64,000 nt of DNA from Parasitella parasitica NRRL 2501 (GCA_025201805.1 MU619289.1:31502-95501), one strand, 5' to 3'. Counted from the first letter of the stretch, positions 12,463-26,066 are shown. The notes: generated by a model from the letters alone, not told the origin. Translations and numbers: made by a program.

Positions 12463-13555
12463 TTTATAATGATGATAATGCTTTACCTTAACTCACCAAA
12501 TTTCTCTTCTTTTATACTTAATTCTTGGTGATTTTTTCGTTTGATTTACATGCATTAGATCACCTAATTACGTGCAACCATGCTATTACCAAGGTTGCGC
12601 TAATTTCAAGGCACCAGATCAGGTAAATTAAACAGTAATTAACTGAACTTCTAAGGGGTAATTTGTTGATTTTTGGTAGCTGCTTATTAAGACACAAGTT
12701 GTATCATCACTTTTGCGAAATCTGAGACCTCCACATTAGCTAGAATTAATTGCTCCTACTATCAGACACCTATATTCATTATTCCTTCTCTTGGGTCTAT
12801 ACTACAATTTTATTCTTTCTCATAATATATAATAAATTAGAAAAGAAGGACTTCATGACGACTATATGGATTTTTGTTACAAGTTTTGGTATATTACGTG
12901 CCCGCGATTGCTGGCAGAGTTTTCTTTGAACTGTTTTTGCATTTGCAAATAGGCATGGTCTCATTGATCTTTTGCTTTTTATTGTCTTTGTTGGTAGGAG
13001 CTGGCTGACAACCATTTAAAAGTTCTAGAGTAGTCCTTTTTCTGACTGACTCTAGGTTCTTTTACGGATCGCAGAATTGAGTGAATTATAATACACTCTC
13101 TTACAATTTGATTTTTCAAATAAGCCAAATTCCCTGCAACCAAATAGTTTAGCTCAAATGCCCCCTGCTCATTCGTCTGCATGATACGAAATTAAAAATT
13201 AGCAACAGCTCATACTCAGATCTATAATTCAGGGATACGGCATCCCAAGTGAACGAACAAGATTATGAAACAAAAAAGACTGTCTCCCTGTGGTAAGTCT
13301 CTTATTCATACGTTATGGAGGGCTACACGAAATGCAATATTGCACAACACCAAAGGATTGGCATCTTAATGTATGAAAATGTTTAAACTATCATTTATCC
13401 TGAAACGAATGGACCAAAATATCAGAGAAGTTTTTTAAAGGTTGTTTTAATTATTGAGTATATAATGTATTTACAGAGAAAGGGTAAGAATGAAGTGGGC
13501 ATAATTGAACAGATTTATTACAAGAATATTCACTTATAAACAGGAGATGAGAAGC

Positions 13556-14152
13556 TTAGTAAAAGAAACCAAGAATTTTACCACCAGTATGCTTTTGACG
13601 AGCCTCTTCGTGATCCATGATACCAGCGGAGGTAGTCAAGACCAAGTAACCGAATTGACGGGCGGGCAACAAGTTGGCGGTCCACTTTTCGAGCTCGGGG
13701 AGCTTGATGTTGAAGCGGGGAGAGATGACACCACACTTGTTGATACGACCAATGAGTTGAATAACAATCTTACCAGAACGGTGATCATCAATGATTTCGA
13801 ACTCACCAATGTAACCTAATAATTTCAATTATTAACATGTATCCAACATTGAGCAAAATAACAAATCAAGTATTAAAGAGAATGAAATGCGTTATACATC
13901 AAACATAGGAAATAGCTCTTCCGTAGATTTAAAAATCATATGTTGTAGAAACCCAACATATAATCAGTTATACTACGGAGTAAAGAAAAAAAAAAGGGGG
14001 ATATAGAAAAGACACTTACCATGCTTTTGCATAGTGGACAAGAATTTGACAATGACCTTGGATGAAGGACGGACGAGAACTTGTCTCTTTCCACGCTTCT
14101 CAGCATTGTTGATGTTGTTCAAACAATCTTGCAAGACGGAAACTCTGACCAT
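13556..14152 (-). CDS. RPS15A: 40S ribosomal protein uS8 (S15a/S22)
   Basis: [67 protein letters not shown]; coding intron ~13816-14019; likely 5'UTR intron ~14162-14342. Confidence 0.97.
13835..13980 (-). ncRNA. Intronic box H/ACA snoRNA, snR44-like (predicted guide for the 18S U106-equivalent site)
   Basis: Hairpin 1 UCCGUAG/CUACGGA with pocket AUAACU + UUUAA; hinge AGAGCUA; hairpin 2 UCCUAUGUUUGA/UCAAUGUUGGA; ACA box 3 nt from the end; yeast snR44 lies in an RPS22B intron. Confidence 0.75.
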
Positions 14153-14548
14153 TATAAAATTCTACAATGTAAAGAAAACACAAAGGCAGAGATGAGCAAG
14201 CAATTCAAACTTTCAATGAGTGTCGCTCCACTGCGATTCATAAAAGTATTTGCTAGTATCATGCACAGTAGCCTCCCAAAAGGCTTTGTAACATGACAAT
14301 AGATAGATGGTAGATGGGTGGATGGATGGATGGATAATTTACCTCAAGTTCGAAATAGGATGCGAAAAGGAAGGAGCCATCATTACCAAGATTTGAAGCG
14401 TCTTTTATCCATGAAAAAACTGTATCCATAAGCCACTTCAATGTCACAGATTGGCATTATCAACAGTCCATTGTTGAAGGAAAGCCTTTTTTTTTTTTTT
14501 TTTTTCGAGTCAATTTTTTCATATTCTTTACAATTGCCTTTATAAAAA

Positions 14549-16147
14549 ATGGGTAAAATCATCAAGAAAGGAGTCAAAGGTGCCGCTGCCAACTTTATTA
14601 CTAGACAGCAAGCTTTGAATAAACTTCAGATTTCTTTGGCTGATTTCAGGTAAGTTAGATCAAGCAATGCATTTGAATCCAAATTAGGGAAATTGACCTT
14701 TGACATTTTGTTTAGACGTCTTTGTATTTTGAAGGGTATATATCCCCGTGAACCCAAGAACAAGAAGAAGGCCAACAAGGGTAGTACAGCACCATCTACA
14801 TTTTACTATGTCAAGGATATCAAGTATCTTCTCCACGAACCCCTTCTTGTCAAATTCCGTGAGTACAAGACATTTGCAAAGAAGCTCAACAAGGTGCTTC
14901 ACAAGGGCGAATTCTCTGCAGCAAAGTCTTTGGAGGAAAACAACAAACCTGTGTATACTTTGGATCATATTGTCAAGGAGAGATATCCTTCATTTACCGA
15001 TGCTCTTCGTGATCTCGATGATGCCTTATCGATGCTTTATTTATTCTCCAAGTTACCTGCCGATAACAAGATCAAGGCTAATGCCGTTGCCGAGTGTCAA
15101 AAGCTGATATCCGAATTCCAAGCTTACGTTATGAAATCCAAGAGTCTTCGAAAAGTCTTTTTCTCCATCAAGGGCATCTACTATCAAGCCGAGATCAAAG
15201 GCCAAACTATCACTTGGATCGTTCCTTATCAATTTTCGCAAGCTATCCCCACAGATGTCGATTTCCGTGTCATGTTGACCTTTTTAGAATTCTATCGAAC
15301 CCTTGTTGGATTTGTCAATTTTAAACTGTACAACGAAATCAATATGACATATCCTCCCAAGATTGACGAGACTGGAGGTTTCCATTTAGATGAAGCAATG
15401 CCCACCGCCACTGCAAAGAATGATGACGAAGAAGATGCTACTGCTGTTGATGAATTTAAATCTGCTGCTGTTGATGGTGAGGAAAATGATAGCACTGTTA
15501 CTCTTGCCCAGATTCAAGCCGCTTCAAATGCTACTTCTAATATCCAAAATCTCTTCAAGAACCAAAAGTTTTACTTGTCTCGTGAAACTCCTCGCTATGC
15601 TCTTGAATTTATGATTAAGTCTTGCGGTGGCCAAGTCAGTTGGGATCTCTCTGTTGGGCTCAACCCCCCTTATCCTGAGTCTGATGAGTCTATTACTTAC
15701 CAAATCACTGATCGTCCTTCTGTCAGCAACCGTGTGTTATCTCGTACTTACGTTCAACCTCAATGGATCGCTGATTGTATCAATGCCCAGAAAATTGTTA
15801 AAGCTAGCCTTTACGAGCCCGGAAGCACCTTACCTCCTCATTTGTCGCCCTTCGTTGAAGTCAAGGCAGGTGATTATGTCCCTGAAACAGGCTTAGAAAG
15901 CGATGATGAGGACGACCAACAGGTGGTTGAAGAGGCTGTTGAGGAAGACAAGGAAAAGCCCAAAAAGACAAAGAAACGCACTGCTGCCGAGATCGAAGAG
16001 GAGGAGATAAAGGAAATGTCGACAGTCATGATGACAAACAAGCAGAGAAAGCTTTACACAAAGATGCAATATGGTATTCAACAAAAGGCAGACCAAGTTG
16101 CCAAATTAGAAAAGAAGAAAAAGGCTCTTAAAAGTGCAAAAAAATAA
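14549..16147 (+). CDS. NOP7: Pescadillo/Nop7 60S biogenesis factor with BRCT domain
   Basis: '[33 protein letters not shown]', '[17 protein letters not shown]', 'YVQPQW', 'LPPHLSPFV'. Confidence 0.97.
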
Positions 16148-16589
16148 TAAGTTGAGACATCCTTTGTTTACCTTGTATTAGTTATCATTCGCCCTTTTTT
16201 TTTTCGTTGTTTCTTTTTATGAAGCCGCTCTCTCACAATTTTTAAAATTCATGCTTCAATTTATATTCATTACCCCTCTTTTACACTTTGCACATAAATG
16301 AGTTCCATAAACAAAAAATTCGCTTCATTTTAATATTATTGATTTAAAAAACAGCTTCCTTAGATATTTGCTCAAACAAAAAATAAATAAATGTACAATA
16401 AAATTTTGTATTAGCTGAATCATTCTTATCTGCAATATGTCATGAGTTTTTCCAAAAGAGCGGGAGAAACTAGCGCAAGATAAGTGAGCAACCTTATATT
16501 ACCACGTATAGCGTATATAAAGAGATATATTCAATCCTGCATTCAACAATCAATAATGTGCTGAAGTGATAGGATTTCCCACAAAAAGT

Positions 16590-17470
16590 AATTGAATGTC
16601 ATCTCTAATGGAACCACTATAAAGATTCCAAACCAAGTTAACAAACAAATTCTCTAAATATCTAACCGTGAAAACATGAAGCATTCATACTAAATTCAGA
16701 ATCAACAAAAAGAAATCGAACCACAAACTGCATTTGGGACACATAGACCAACGCAAGGGCTGCTCCATGCATATCATTTACAAATGTGTCAGAACCTTAC
16801 CAGTATTAGAATACCGTACCTGATTATGTAAAATCCAATACAGACATACTTTAACTTGGTCCGAAGGACATTTAGAGCATAACAGATAGACAGACCGTTT
16901 ACAATAACAAATTTAAATAGAGGAGAAATGTCTAACCTTTGCACATTATCCTATTTTCGAAATAAAAAAGGAGTTTTCTATACTTTTTACTACAGATAAT
17001 AATACATTATTTTAAAGAGTGTTATCAAAAAGAGCCGTGGAACCGAGATCACTAGCTGGGAAAACATACGTAGAGCTGATTCTGGTGGCAATATTTTTAT
17101 TAATGTATTCAATGTGAATTGGATCACTTGGGAAAAACCCCCGCATATTTTAATATGAAAATTGCATATAATAAACGCTGTTAGGCTACGACAATGAGTC
17201 AAAGGAGGGCCTGTTTCATGCGTCATTAAACAGACATGATCATCACTATCTGAGCACAACTTGATTTCCTTTGGGCAATGTGTCTATCAAAAATTATCTG
17301 CAAAGCCAGTTTTATTTTTCAATATTGATCATGAATATTAGACGTTTGCTCACAACTTCCGCTAAAATGACCGTAGAACCGAGAACTAACTTGGAAAACT
17401 TAGCATTAACTTGGCAATTTCTGGCAACAATATTTGTATCCATGTTTTAATATCAGAAGAATTGAAATAA
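16590..17470 (+). pseudogene. Possible decayed F-box/LRR-type gene relic
   Basis: Frameshifted 'IPNQVNKQIL/KYLT' (F-box-like), 'CQNLTSIRIP' (LRR-like) and a degenerate direct repeat at ~17035 and ~17372; many stops. Confidence 0.25.
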
Positions 17471-19896
17471 AAAAGATAAAAACCAGAAGAGGTTAACGAG
17501 ATACGAAAACTTTATGATGATACTATAATTTAAGAATAAAATTGCATCTGCTATTATATCTCTTACAACTTCATGATAAATTTATGCTATTTAGGTTACA
17601 AATTGACAAAACTAATTCTCATTAAAAATCTACTTGACAAGGTACGATGTAAGGTTGTTAGACGACAAGGGCTATATACGTCTTTGCTCGGACAGTGCTT
17701 TAACTTTGATCCTGGTGCTCAAATCTGTGTTTACAAGAAAAACCTTTTTGGTTTGAAACAGCAGATACCTTATTCTTCAGTCTACAATAGTGTATATCAC
17801 ATCACATCATTGGACACTGTTCAATCTTCAATTGAAGTACATTGTCATGATCTCCTCTCTGCGATTATAGCAGATCACATATAATCACTGAAATAGGTTT
17901 CGATAAGAATCAAAATAAAGCTTGCTTTTGTGTTGCTGCTGTTGGTGCCGCTGTTGTTGTTATGCGTCATTAAAGCAGTTTCGTTTTCATAAATAATCGG
18001 TATTCTTTGGTCACTAAAAAAATGAATCGTGTATACAAGGCAGTGGAGTTTTTATTACCATCGTTGCGTATATATCAGCCGCAATCGGCATAGGAGACCA
18101 AGGCTACCACACTTAAACTTGTGTTTTAAAAGTAAAGAGTTTTGTAATCGACTGTACTGGAAGGCCTACACGAATCTGTTTATGAAAAATAAACCGGATC
18201 CATAGTCCCTTAATGGTGTAGTTCAATATATAAAAAGCCCTTTTTAGCATTGTGTCGTCCAGCGATATAACCGGCAGGTGACAGTTCCCCCAAGATTCTT
18301 GAACGACGAAAGGGGGCCCCAGCCTAAGGAAAAAGAGTGTAACTACGAGCATCTGTCTGTGACAAAATCTAGTGATAAATACAAAGGAACAAAGGCAAAA
18401 GAAGAAGAGGGAATGTAGGATTTAGGGCTTCACGGTCTAGAAGCAGTGCTCAAATATTGCAGTGTTGTAAGATACGTTATCGAATGGTGATCTCGATGAC
18501 GGACAAGCCGATGGCTGACTTCTTCAGAGGACGTCAAAGATATAATAGCATATTGACTGATAAGCTATGAATGAGGCCTCCATGTTCATAATAAAACTGT
18601 GGTGTAGCAATGTTAGTGACCTCCTCAATAAGCACCAAAAACATGCAACGAACAGAAAGTTGACATTTTTGAAATGTCCATGGACAGAAATTCTTCTGAG
18701 TAATGTTCATTACAAAACACTTTACTTGACTAAAAAAATATACCCATGAAATTTAACTAAGGCTTTCTGTAATATTTCTGGTTTTTATATAAAGATAAGG
18801 AGATCACCTTGTTAATAAAAGTTGAGAGACTATTTATATTCATAAATACTACATTTTTAATATTACCTTTGTATTAAGTGTAATGCGTATCAAAAAGTTT
18901 GACAGTTGTTCTGGACCGTTTCTAAAGACGTGTTTAATTTGGTGATTTCAACAGTTTGGTATTCATAAGTCAAGCAAAAGTTTTAATCTATAAACTGGCA
19001 AGAAAGTGTTTTGGTGCATGACGTTGTAGGGGTCATTGATTTAACAATGTTCTACTAATAAAATAAGCTCTAGTTTTTACCCAGTATTTGGTAGGTAAAT
19101 TGGATAAAATTTTAGTGTTTCATAATTAAGTTTAAAGACAACTTTACAAAAGTTACCTGGTAGTATCTTGAAGCACAAAAGCACTGATGCTTTGAATGAA
19201 TTGAACAGTTTTTGATTAATATAATTAATTAAATAACTAACGAATGAATATTATTGTAAATGTAGCATAATGACAGCATGTCGCTGTAGAAGGCAAACAA
19301 TGTTTTCAATGTGCCTATTCAGATTCTTCCATATTCATGAGCGATTCATGATAATTGTTGCATGGTATATCTCGGTGTACAAGTGAGTCTCATGGTTTGA
19401 CCAAGTTAGTCTCATGACTAAACTTGACTACATCTGTGCATTTTTATATGTATATAAACATTATTGCGCCCTGAAATGAGTGATCTACATTTCGATGTTT
19501 TTATTGTACATGTATCACTGCAAATCAGCTTCTCATAGTGGAAGGCTGCTCCAGCTTTCAACAGTATATGTTTACATATCTCAATTTACCACGCACTTGT
19601 AGGCTTACTTAACATTTACTTTATTGAGTCTGTTAATGTTGGCTCTCCTTTGTTGATGATTTTTCCATTACGTTGATCTCGCCGATATGCAACCAATAAA
19701 AACAAAGAACCTTATACACCTCTGATGTACACCGTCTGTTGCTTCTGAGCATTTCCCAATATATAATGCAACAATAGTTGCATCTTTTAGCGTTTTGTGT
19801 GGGCTTTCCTTTCTTCCTTCTTTTTCCTTTTTTTTTTTTTTGTGTGTGTTATCTTTCAAACAAAATCCTAGACATAAAAATTTGCGCTTGATCATC

Positions 19897-20861
19897 ATGA
19901 ATAATAATGCCAAAGTTTATCTTCCTCCAATCCAGGATTTGCTGTATCGTAAACCTTTGAATTCATTTTGGAGCAATGAAAATACAGGTAACTTTCTTTT
20001 AATCAACACATTTGTAATATGAAATTTATCTTGGCTTGTATAGATATTTTCTATAAAAAATCCTTTTCAAATTCATCCTGTTTTGCATCGTACCCAAGAG
20101 CGCCTGATCCAGGAACGTATTATGATCAAAACAAAAAAGGAGCTCTACATTATCGAGATCATTCAGCTCAAGCCCAGTATTCGTCAAATCCCTTTTCAAA
20201 TAGGTATTATTATCCATCACTTTGCCATCAAAAGGGTGGTACAGTTTATAATGGTTGGAATGAACGATCGGCAGATGGCTATCGAAAAAAAAATGAATAC
20301 ACAGATGATTCACAAGCGAATAAAGCTACCAATGGTACCACCAATGTTCCGAGAAACTATGGAGTTGCTGAGCCCCTGCAGCAAGAACAGAATGTCCATA
20401 GTCGATCCTTTTCAGATCAATTTCTGCCACGATCTGCTGCATTCGAATATGTTGCTAACAACAAAAGCTTAATTTGTCCAATGTCTGCTGTAGATCCCCC
20501 TCGAAGTTTTCATCGACGTACTGCCTCTGATATGCTATCTTTTTTCGATATCAAGAAAAAGAAATATACTTGTAGCACCAGTAGTGATCAAGCAAAAGAT
20601 AACAACACTTTTACAAACAAAGACGGCCGATCCCTGCTGTCCAAAAAAGCCATCAGTATTAATGCTTACAGATACAAATGCAAAAAATGCTTCAAGGATT
20701 TTTCCAGACCATCATCACTTAGAATCCATGTTTTATCCCATACTGGAGAAAAACCTCATGTATGCCCTCGACCAGACTGCGGAAGAAGATTTAGTGTTCA
20801 AAGTAACATGAGACGACATTTAAAAGTGCACTCTTGTAACATATCTTTTCAGCAACAGTAA
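19897..20861 (+). CDS. C2H2 zinc-finger transcription factor (two C-terminal fingers)
   Basis: CKKCFKDFSRPSSLRIHVLSHTGEKPHVCPRPDCGRRFSVQSNMRRH; N-terminal LPPIQDLL; intron ~19988-20043. Confidence 0.9.
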
Positions 20862-21175
20862 ATACAAACCTTTCCAGTCGACTGCAGAAGTAATCCAATC
20901 GTCTATACCCCTTCTTTCCCTTCAATTTATATTTACAGAAATAAAAAATCCATGATTTTAATATGGGTGTACTGTAACTTTTAACCCTTTTCTTTTATTA
21001 GAAAAGCAAATTAGTAACGTAGTTTCATGACTATTAAAACAATATGCCCTTTCGATACTTATGATGCATGGAATAACTCTTCAATTGATGCCATTAACAT
21101 CTTCTTGTGACGTCATAGTAGTCGTATAAATGCACTTCTAGCAGAACACGAGCTTGATCAATTTTGTTCATTTTC

Positions 21176-21807
21176 ATGTCTCTCTTCGTGACAGTAGGAT
21201 CCACGGGATTTGATGAGCTCATTCGTCAAACGACCTTGCCAGAGTTCCTGAACTCTTTGCCAAAAGTTGGCATTAAAAAGGTTCTGTATCAGTATGGATC
21301 TTCTGAACAGGTTATTACGACCAATCTTCAGTCCTATGATGGGGAAATACTACATATTCATAGTTACAAGTATAAAACATCCATTATAGAAGACATGGAG
21401 AAAGCAGACATCATAGTTAGTCATGCAGGTACATATAGCGTTGTCATGACAACCTCAGCTTTTGATAAATGACCATTATTAAGGTAATTGTTAGGTGCCG
21501 GTACAATACTACAGGCATTAAGAATGCATAATAAAAAGCTTATTGTCGTTGTCAACAAGTCACTAATGGATAATCATCAATATCAGCTTGCTCAGGCCAT
21601 GCAAACTAATAATTATGCTATATGTAGCGATTTAAGGCGAGAATTACCTGGCGCTGTTTTATGTAAAGCTTTAACTCATTATTGTCTAACAGTGAATTGA
21701 CGGATACCCTCAAAAATATCAACAATGTCAATCCTACTCCTTTTCCTGCTGCAAACCCCGAAGTATTTGCATCTATCGTTAATGAACAAATGGGGTTTTC
21801 ATTATAA
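21176..21807 (+). CDS. ALG13: UDP-GlcNAc transferase catalytic subunit Alg13 (GT28 C-terminal)
   Basis: 'LFVTVGSTGFDELI', 'ADIIVSHAGAGTIL', 'LIVVVNKSLMDNHQYQLA'; 3 exons, the second intron GC-AG. Confidence 0.92.
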
Positions 21808-21880
21808 AATTGCTTTGTTTCAAACCGTCACTGTTTAGAGCTTCTTCTTTTCCTTGCGTTCTACATAAAAAAGATTAGCT

Positions 21881-23472
21881 ATGAAAATAGTATATGGCTT
21901 GATTGCGCTGTTTTTATCTTGTTTCCATAGTAATCTTGTCTATGCGCAATCGACAACAAAGCAGTTAAATAACAATCAGATAGTGTCAGCATCTGTCGCA
22001 ATACATGAATATAATTATTACTACTTTAGTGTTCCAACGACAAACCAGTTATTTAGCAAACGAGACTTGCCAACAATTCATCTCTCCACAACTATCTGTA
22101 ATCAGCCAACAGCACCTGCTGATTCCCATGATACTGTTCCACCACTCAATCTTTACGTATCAACATCTATTTCTAACACTTTGCCAGGCCCTGATAATAG
22201 TGTTGCAGTCAATGATTCATCATACGGGCTTATTAAATGGACAAGCAATAACCAGACATCTGAGATTTGGATTGCTGTAGCTGCACCTGCTTTGACAGGA
22301 TCTTGGGTTGGAAATTATACATATGAAATTGGTGTTTCAACAAGTCGTAAGAAACATCCAACAATATCAATAGACAGTATGTAACTAAACCTTGTTTCGA
22401 AATAGAAACAATGCATCCCATATTTATCAATAATGAGAAAAAGGATAATGCAAATATACCATACGTGATCCTAGATGATACAGACAGAAACAATGCTTTA
22501 TTCTTATCGAGCCCAATTCAAAGCAGTTTGCAAAATTTAACATTGCTAGTTACATCTGGTATGCCTGTCGAACTATCTCACTCACTTTGTGCTGCCAAAC
22601 AAAGAACTCTTCCCCTATATAATGTAAATACAACCACCACACACCGTGGCCCTACAAATGGTATTAGACAGCAATTCATGGTGTCCAATCTAACACAAGA
22701 CACATCCTATACCGCATACATGCTCCAACCAGTTCGTTCTGTGACAGGAATGACAACCCCTATCAATTTTGGTACCAAAATCGATGCCAACTGCCGGATT
22801 ATTTATGATCTATCTTTCTGTGATCAAGTGGCTTACAGTGTACCGACTGGTTTAGACTCGTTTGTAAGTAATGACTTGTGGGCACTTGCTCGATTATACG
22901 ATGCACAGGCACAAGAGAAGTTTGGGCCCTTTGATACAGCTTTATCCCAGTATAATTGCGAAACGACTCAATATTCACTGGTACGTAATTGCACAGATTG
23001 TTATCGAGACTATAAGACTTGGCTGTGTGCCGTAACAATACCTCGCTGCACCGATTCTTCTGCAAGCGCCGATTTCAGCCAAGGAACTGATGAAATACGC
23101 GTGGCGCCTGCATTGAGGGATATTTCAGCAAATGCCTCTCGAAATCCCTGGATTGATGAGAGCTTAAAGCCTGGAGAATGGACTGAACTGTTACCTTGTA
23201 TTGATTTATGCTACCATGTTGTACAGAGTTGCCCTCCTTTCATGCAATTTTACTGTCCTAATTCTGATTTGGCCCTCGTACAATATGGATTTTGGCAAAA
23301 TGGAACTGTGTCTATAAATGGAACTTCGTTTCATTTTGACATTAATAACCCTACTTGTAACCGCATGGGTGTTGATCCTATTTTGCTTACTATTGGGTCT
23401 GGAAATCAGTTATACAGTCCAAATCTGCTCATGATTGCTTGCATAGTTAGCGTGCTTTTATTCGCTTTGTAA
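21881..23472 (+). CDS. MID1: Mid1 stretch-activated Ca2+ channel (Cch1) subunit
   Basis: Signal peptide; 'CRIIYDLSFCDQVAYSVP', 'YSLVRNCTDCYRDYKTWLCAVTIPRC', 'ELLPCIDLCYHVVQSCP'; hydrophobic C-tail. Confidence 0.92.
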
Positions 23473-24063
23473 TTGCAACAGATAAATAAAAGCCTCCGTT
23501 AGTGCACAAGCAATTGATGTCATTGATCGTATCACGCCTACAAATACATACTGATGAACGGTGAGATATGGATTTAATTGTTTCCTTTGCATTGAAATAT
23601 CCCATTCCAAAGGGAGAATAATTTACTCGGCTTGACATGGTTCCATTAAACCAAATACATAGATGCACAATTGATACCGTAAGCACTTGATCAAATTTAA
23701 ATCATGTAATCAAAATGCACACAAAAGTAATGTTTGAACAACAAAAAGCGCTTTATACTAAAACATTAGTTGTCAGCATAGTTTGTAATTTGATGTTAGT
23801 GGACTCCAATGACATTTCCTAACCACAACACAATACATGCTCTTCCCTGTTACATTATATACGAGCTGAATGAGGGTCCTCCGATTTTAGCAATTATTGT
23901 TGTACCTAGATGAGGATTGCCCTTCGTAACTCCGTTTTGGCCATTTCTCCTCTTGGTTTCTTTTTTTTTTTTTTTTCCCTTTTTTCCTTTCTTTTGGTTT
24001 TTTTTTTTTTTTTTTGTCCCTTTTTTCCATACATTAGGTTTCTTCTTCTTTCAAGACAAAGTG

Positions 24064-25542
24064 ATGAACTCCGAGTTTGATGATGTGAGTACTGTTATAT
24101 TAAAGATACACTGCCATCAGTAACTAATTTTATCTATTAGGTGTTGACTAATCAACCAGTTGTTATTGATAACGTATTGATTTATTTGTACACGACTTTG
24201 TGCGTTATGTTAACCATGAATTTAAACTATTTTTAGGGCTCAGGTGTTATAAAAGCTGGTTTCGCAGGTGAAGAACAGCCTAAATGCTTTTTTCCTTCAA
24301 TGTAGGAGATGCTTATAAAGACATTTTAATCGATATTGATGAAATTTCTTTTTAGGGTGGGTCGACCAAAGCACGTTCGTATAATGGCAGGTGCTGTTGA
24401 GGGAGACAACTTTATTGGAAGAAAGGCCCAAGAGTTGCGTGGTTTGTTAAAGATCAGATACCCTATTGAGCATGGCATTGTCACAGATTGGGAGGATATG
24501 GAGCGTATTTGGCAGTACATCTACACTGATGAGCTCAAAACACTTTCTGAAGAGGTAGAGTAGCCATGATCATACCTACGTAATCGACCTCTCATTGCAA
24601 ATCTTAGCATCCTGTATTATTGACCGAAGCACCTTTGAATCCTCGTGGAAACAGAGATACCGCTGCTCAGATATTCTTTGAAACATTCAATGTGCCTGCA
24701 TTATTTACTTCGATCCAAGCAGTTCTCAGTTTGTAAGCAACTAGGAAATAACTGATATCATCGAGGGAAACTGATGAAAACCCTCCCTAGGTACTCTTCT
24801 GGCAGAACTACTGGTATTGTTCTTGACTCTGGTGATGGTGTCACACATGCAGTACCTGTTTACGAAGGTTTTGCAATTCCACACGCAATTCGTAGAGTGG
24901 ACATTGCTGGTAGAGATGTAACAGAGTACTTGCAATTGCTGTTGAGAAAATCTGGCTACAATTTTCATACTACGGCCGAAAAAGAAGTTGTTCGCATCAT
25001 TAAAGAAAAGACATGTTACATTGCACTGAATCCAGCAAAGGAAGAAAAGGAGACGAGTGGCAAAGTCGATGACTTTATGTTGCCTGATGGAAATATTATC
25101 AAGGTAAATATATTTCACAATGCAGTATTGGTCAGTTGATGCTCATGTTTTATGCTACCAAAAGCTGGGTGCTGAAAGATTCCGTGCACCTGAAATTTTG
25201 TTCCAGCCTGAGCTTATTGGAGAGGAATACCCTGGTATCCATCAAGTTATTGTGGATTGTATTGGTCGTGCAGATCTTGATTTAAGAAAATCGCTTTATT
25301 CCAACGTTGTTTTGTCTGGAGGCTCAACATTATGTAAAGGTTTTGGTGAGCGTCTTTTATCAGAGATTAAGCGACTTGCATTGAAGGATATCAAGATAAA
25401 AATCTATGCTCCCCCTGAACGTAAATATAGCACATGGATTGGCGGTTCAATTTTGGCTTCGCTTAGCACGTTTAAAAAGATGTGGGTTTCTGCAGAAGAA
25501 TATCAAGAAGATCCTGATATTATTCACAAAAAGACGTTTTAG
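24064..25542 (+). CDS. ARP1: Actin-related protein 1 (centractin, dynactin), multi-exon
   Basis: '[19 protein letters not shown]', '[16 protein letters not shown]', '[24 protein letters not shown]', C-terminal IIHKKTF. Confidence 0.93.
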
Positions 25543-26066
25543 GCTCTTTTCTTTATATCCATTTTATATATACACATGCTCATCCGACTTTCTTCTTTTT
25601 TACAAGAAAAAATATTTAATTAATTAAAAAATATTTCGTTATGTTTTATGGATGATTACAGCTAAATGATCAAGTTGCAGTGCGTGTTTGGTGCTTTCGT
25701 ACAAAGAATACAAAGGTGTGTGAGGAAGTACCAAATCAGTTATATAATTTAATGTTGTACCAAAAAATACTGTAGAGATGATTCGCACAAGTACGTCGCT
25801 TTATCATTTTTGCCTAAACATCTTTTTATGGTAGTCGATGATCATTACTACAGTTGCATATGTAGACTATTGTCTTGACTTCTTTTAATGTGAAAATCTA
25901 TATCAATGTCATCAAGAGTTCTGAAAGAAGAAAGACCCTATTTATTTATCGATGCATCGTACTTTATCTGGTTTTTGAGATATATTCTTTTCTTGAAAAA
26001 AAATTTACATGTAAAAAGAAACTCAAGTAAAAGCTTTAAAGGTATCATCTTATTTGTAATAAAATG

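Noticed and set aside
12797-13182. Two short minus-strand ORFs as a possible transposase relic
   Set aside because: No recognisable motif
18050-18560. GC-richer patch as a possible solo LTR or ncRNA
   Set aside because: No TG..CA ends, TSD, second copy or recognisable RNA boxes found
24064-25542. Conventional actin
   Set aside because: Diagnostic residues ([31 protein letters not shown]) indicate Arp1/centractin
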